Assembly (NCBI GenBank): GCA_963729605.1
Contig: CAVSNY010000006.1
Coordinates: forward strand, 224,001-288,000
Origin: an uncultured Gammaproteobacteria bacterium
GTDB lineage: Bacteria; Pseudomonadota; Gammaproteobacteria; DRLM01
Direction: 5' to 3'
Length of the DNA: 64,000 nucleotides
Shown here: one piece after another, positions 63,977-64,000 of the stretch
How positions within the stretch are numbered: the first letter of the stretch is position 1
Layout: each line of letters begins with the position of its first letter
Position numbers and translations under genes: made by a program
The notes under the pieces: generated by a model
Databases searched by the model: none
Seen by the model: only the letters and a program-made list of their open reading frames with translations
Told to the model about the DNA's origin: nothing

Positions 63977-64000
63977 GTTGACCATCCTTAAAGCTTAAAA

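Overview
High-GC gammaproteobacterial chromosomal segment made up mostly of housekeeping genes. In order: an RCC1-repeat protein tail, lptGF, pepA-holC-hyp-valS, an OmpR-type regulator, a PEP-CTERM-type acyltransferase divergent from a glrK-qseG-glrR-like operon, prfC, sigma54-promoted prkA(yeaG)-yeaH-spoVR(ycgB), a catalytically degenerate PilB/GspE-like protein, msrPQ, rhlE and an ABC-F gene. A small accessory patch follows (about 31.8-41.3 kb): a complete IS3/IS51-group element with a 3-bp target duplication, gene relics, mscL, a Fur-boxed secreted protein, a B12 radical SAM enzyme, terC and a diguanylate cyclase. The window ends with purL, purC, bamC-dapA, bcp, PIN-PhoH, an EEP/PLD pair, an Ig+RCC1 lipoprotein, a DUF62 gene and the end of the spc and alpha ribosomal operons. 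I saw no rRNA, tRNA or CRISPR array. Four single-base frameshifts (pepA, mscL, purL x2) look like assembly errors. The most unusual signal is several families of short palindromic elements with no cognate mobiliser in the window. One copy is translated in frame inside valS, and two inverted-repeat elements end exactly on the purL and purC stop codons. Also notable are a candidate structured RNA ahead of holC-valS and a Fur-controlled orphan periplasmic protein. All family assignments come from motif recognition; no database search was run.
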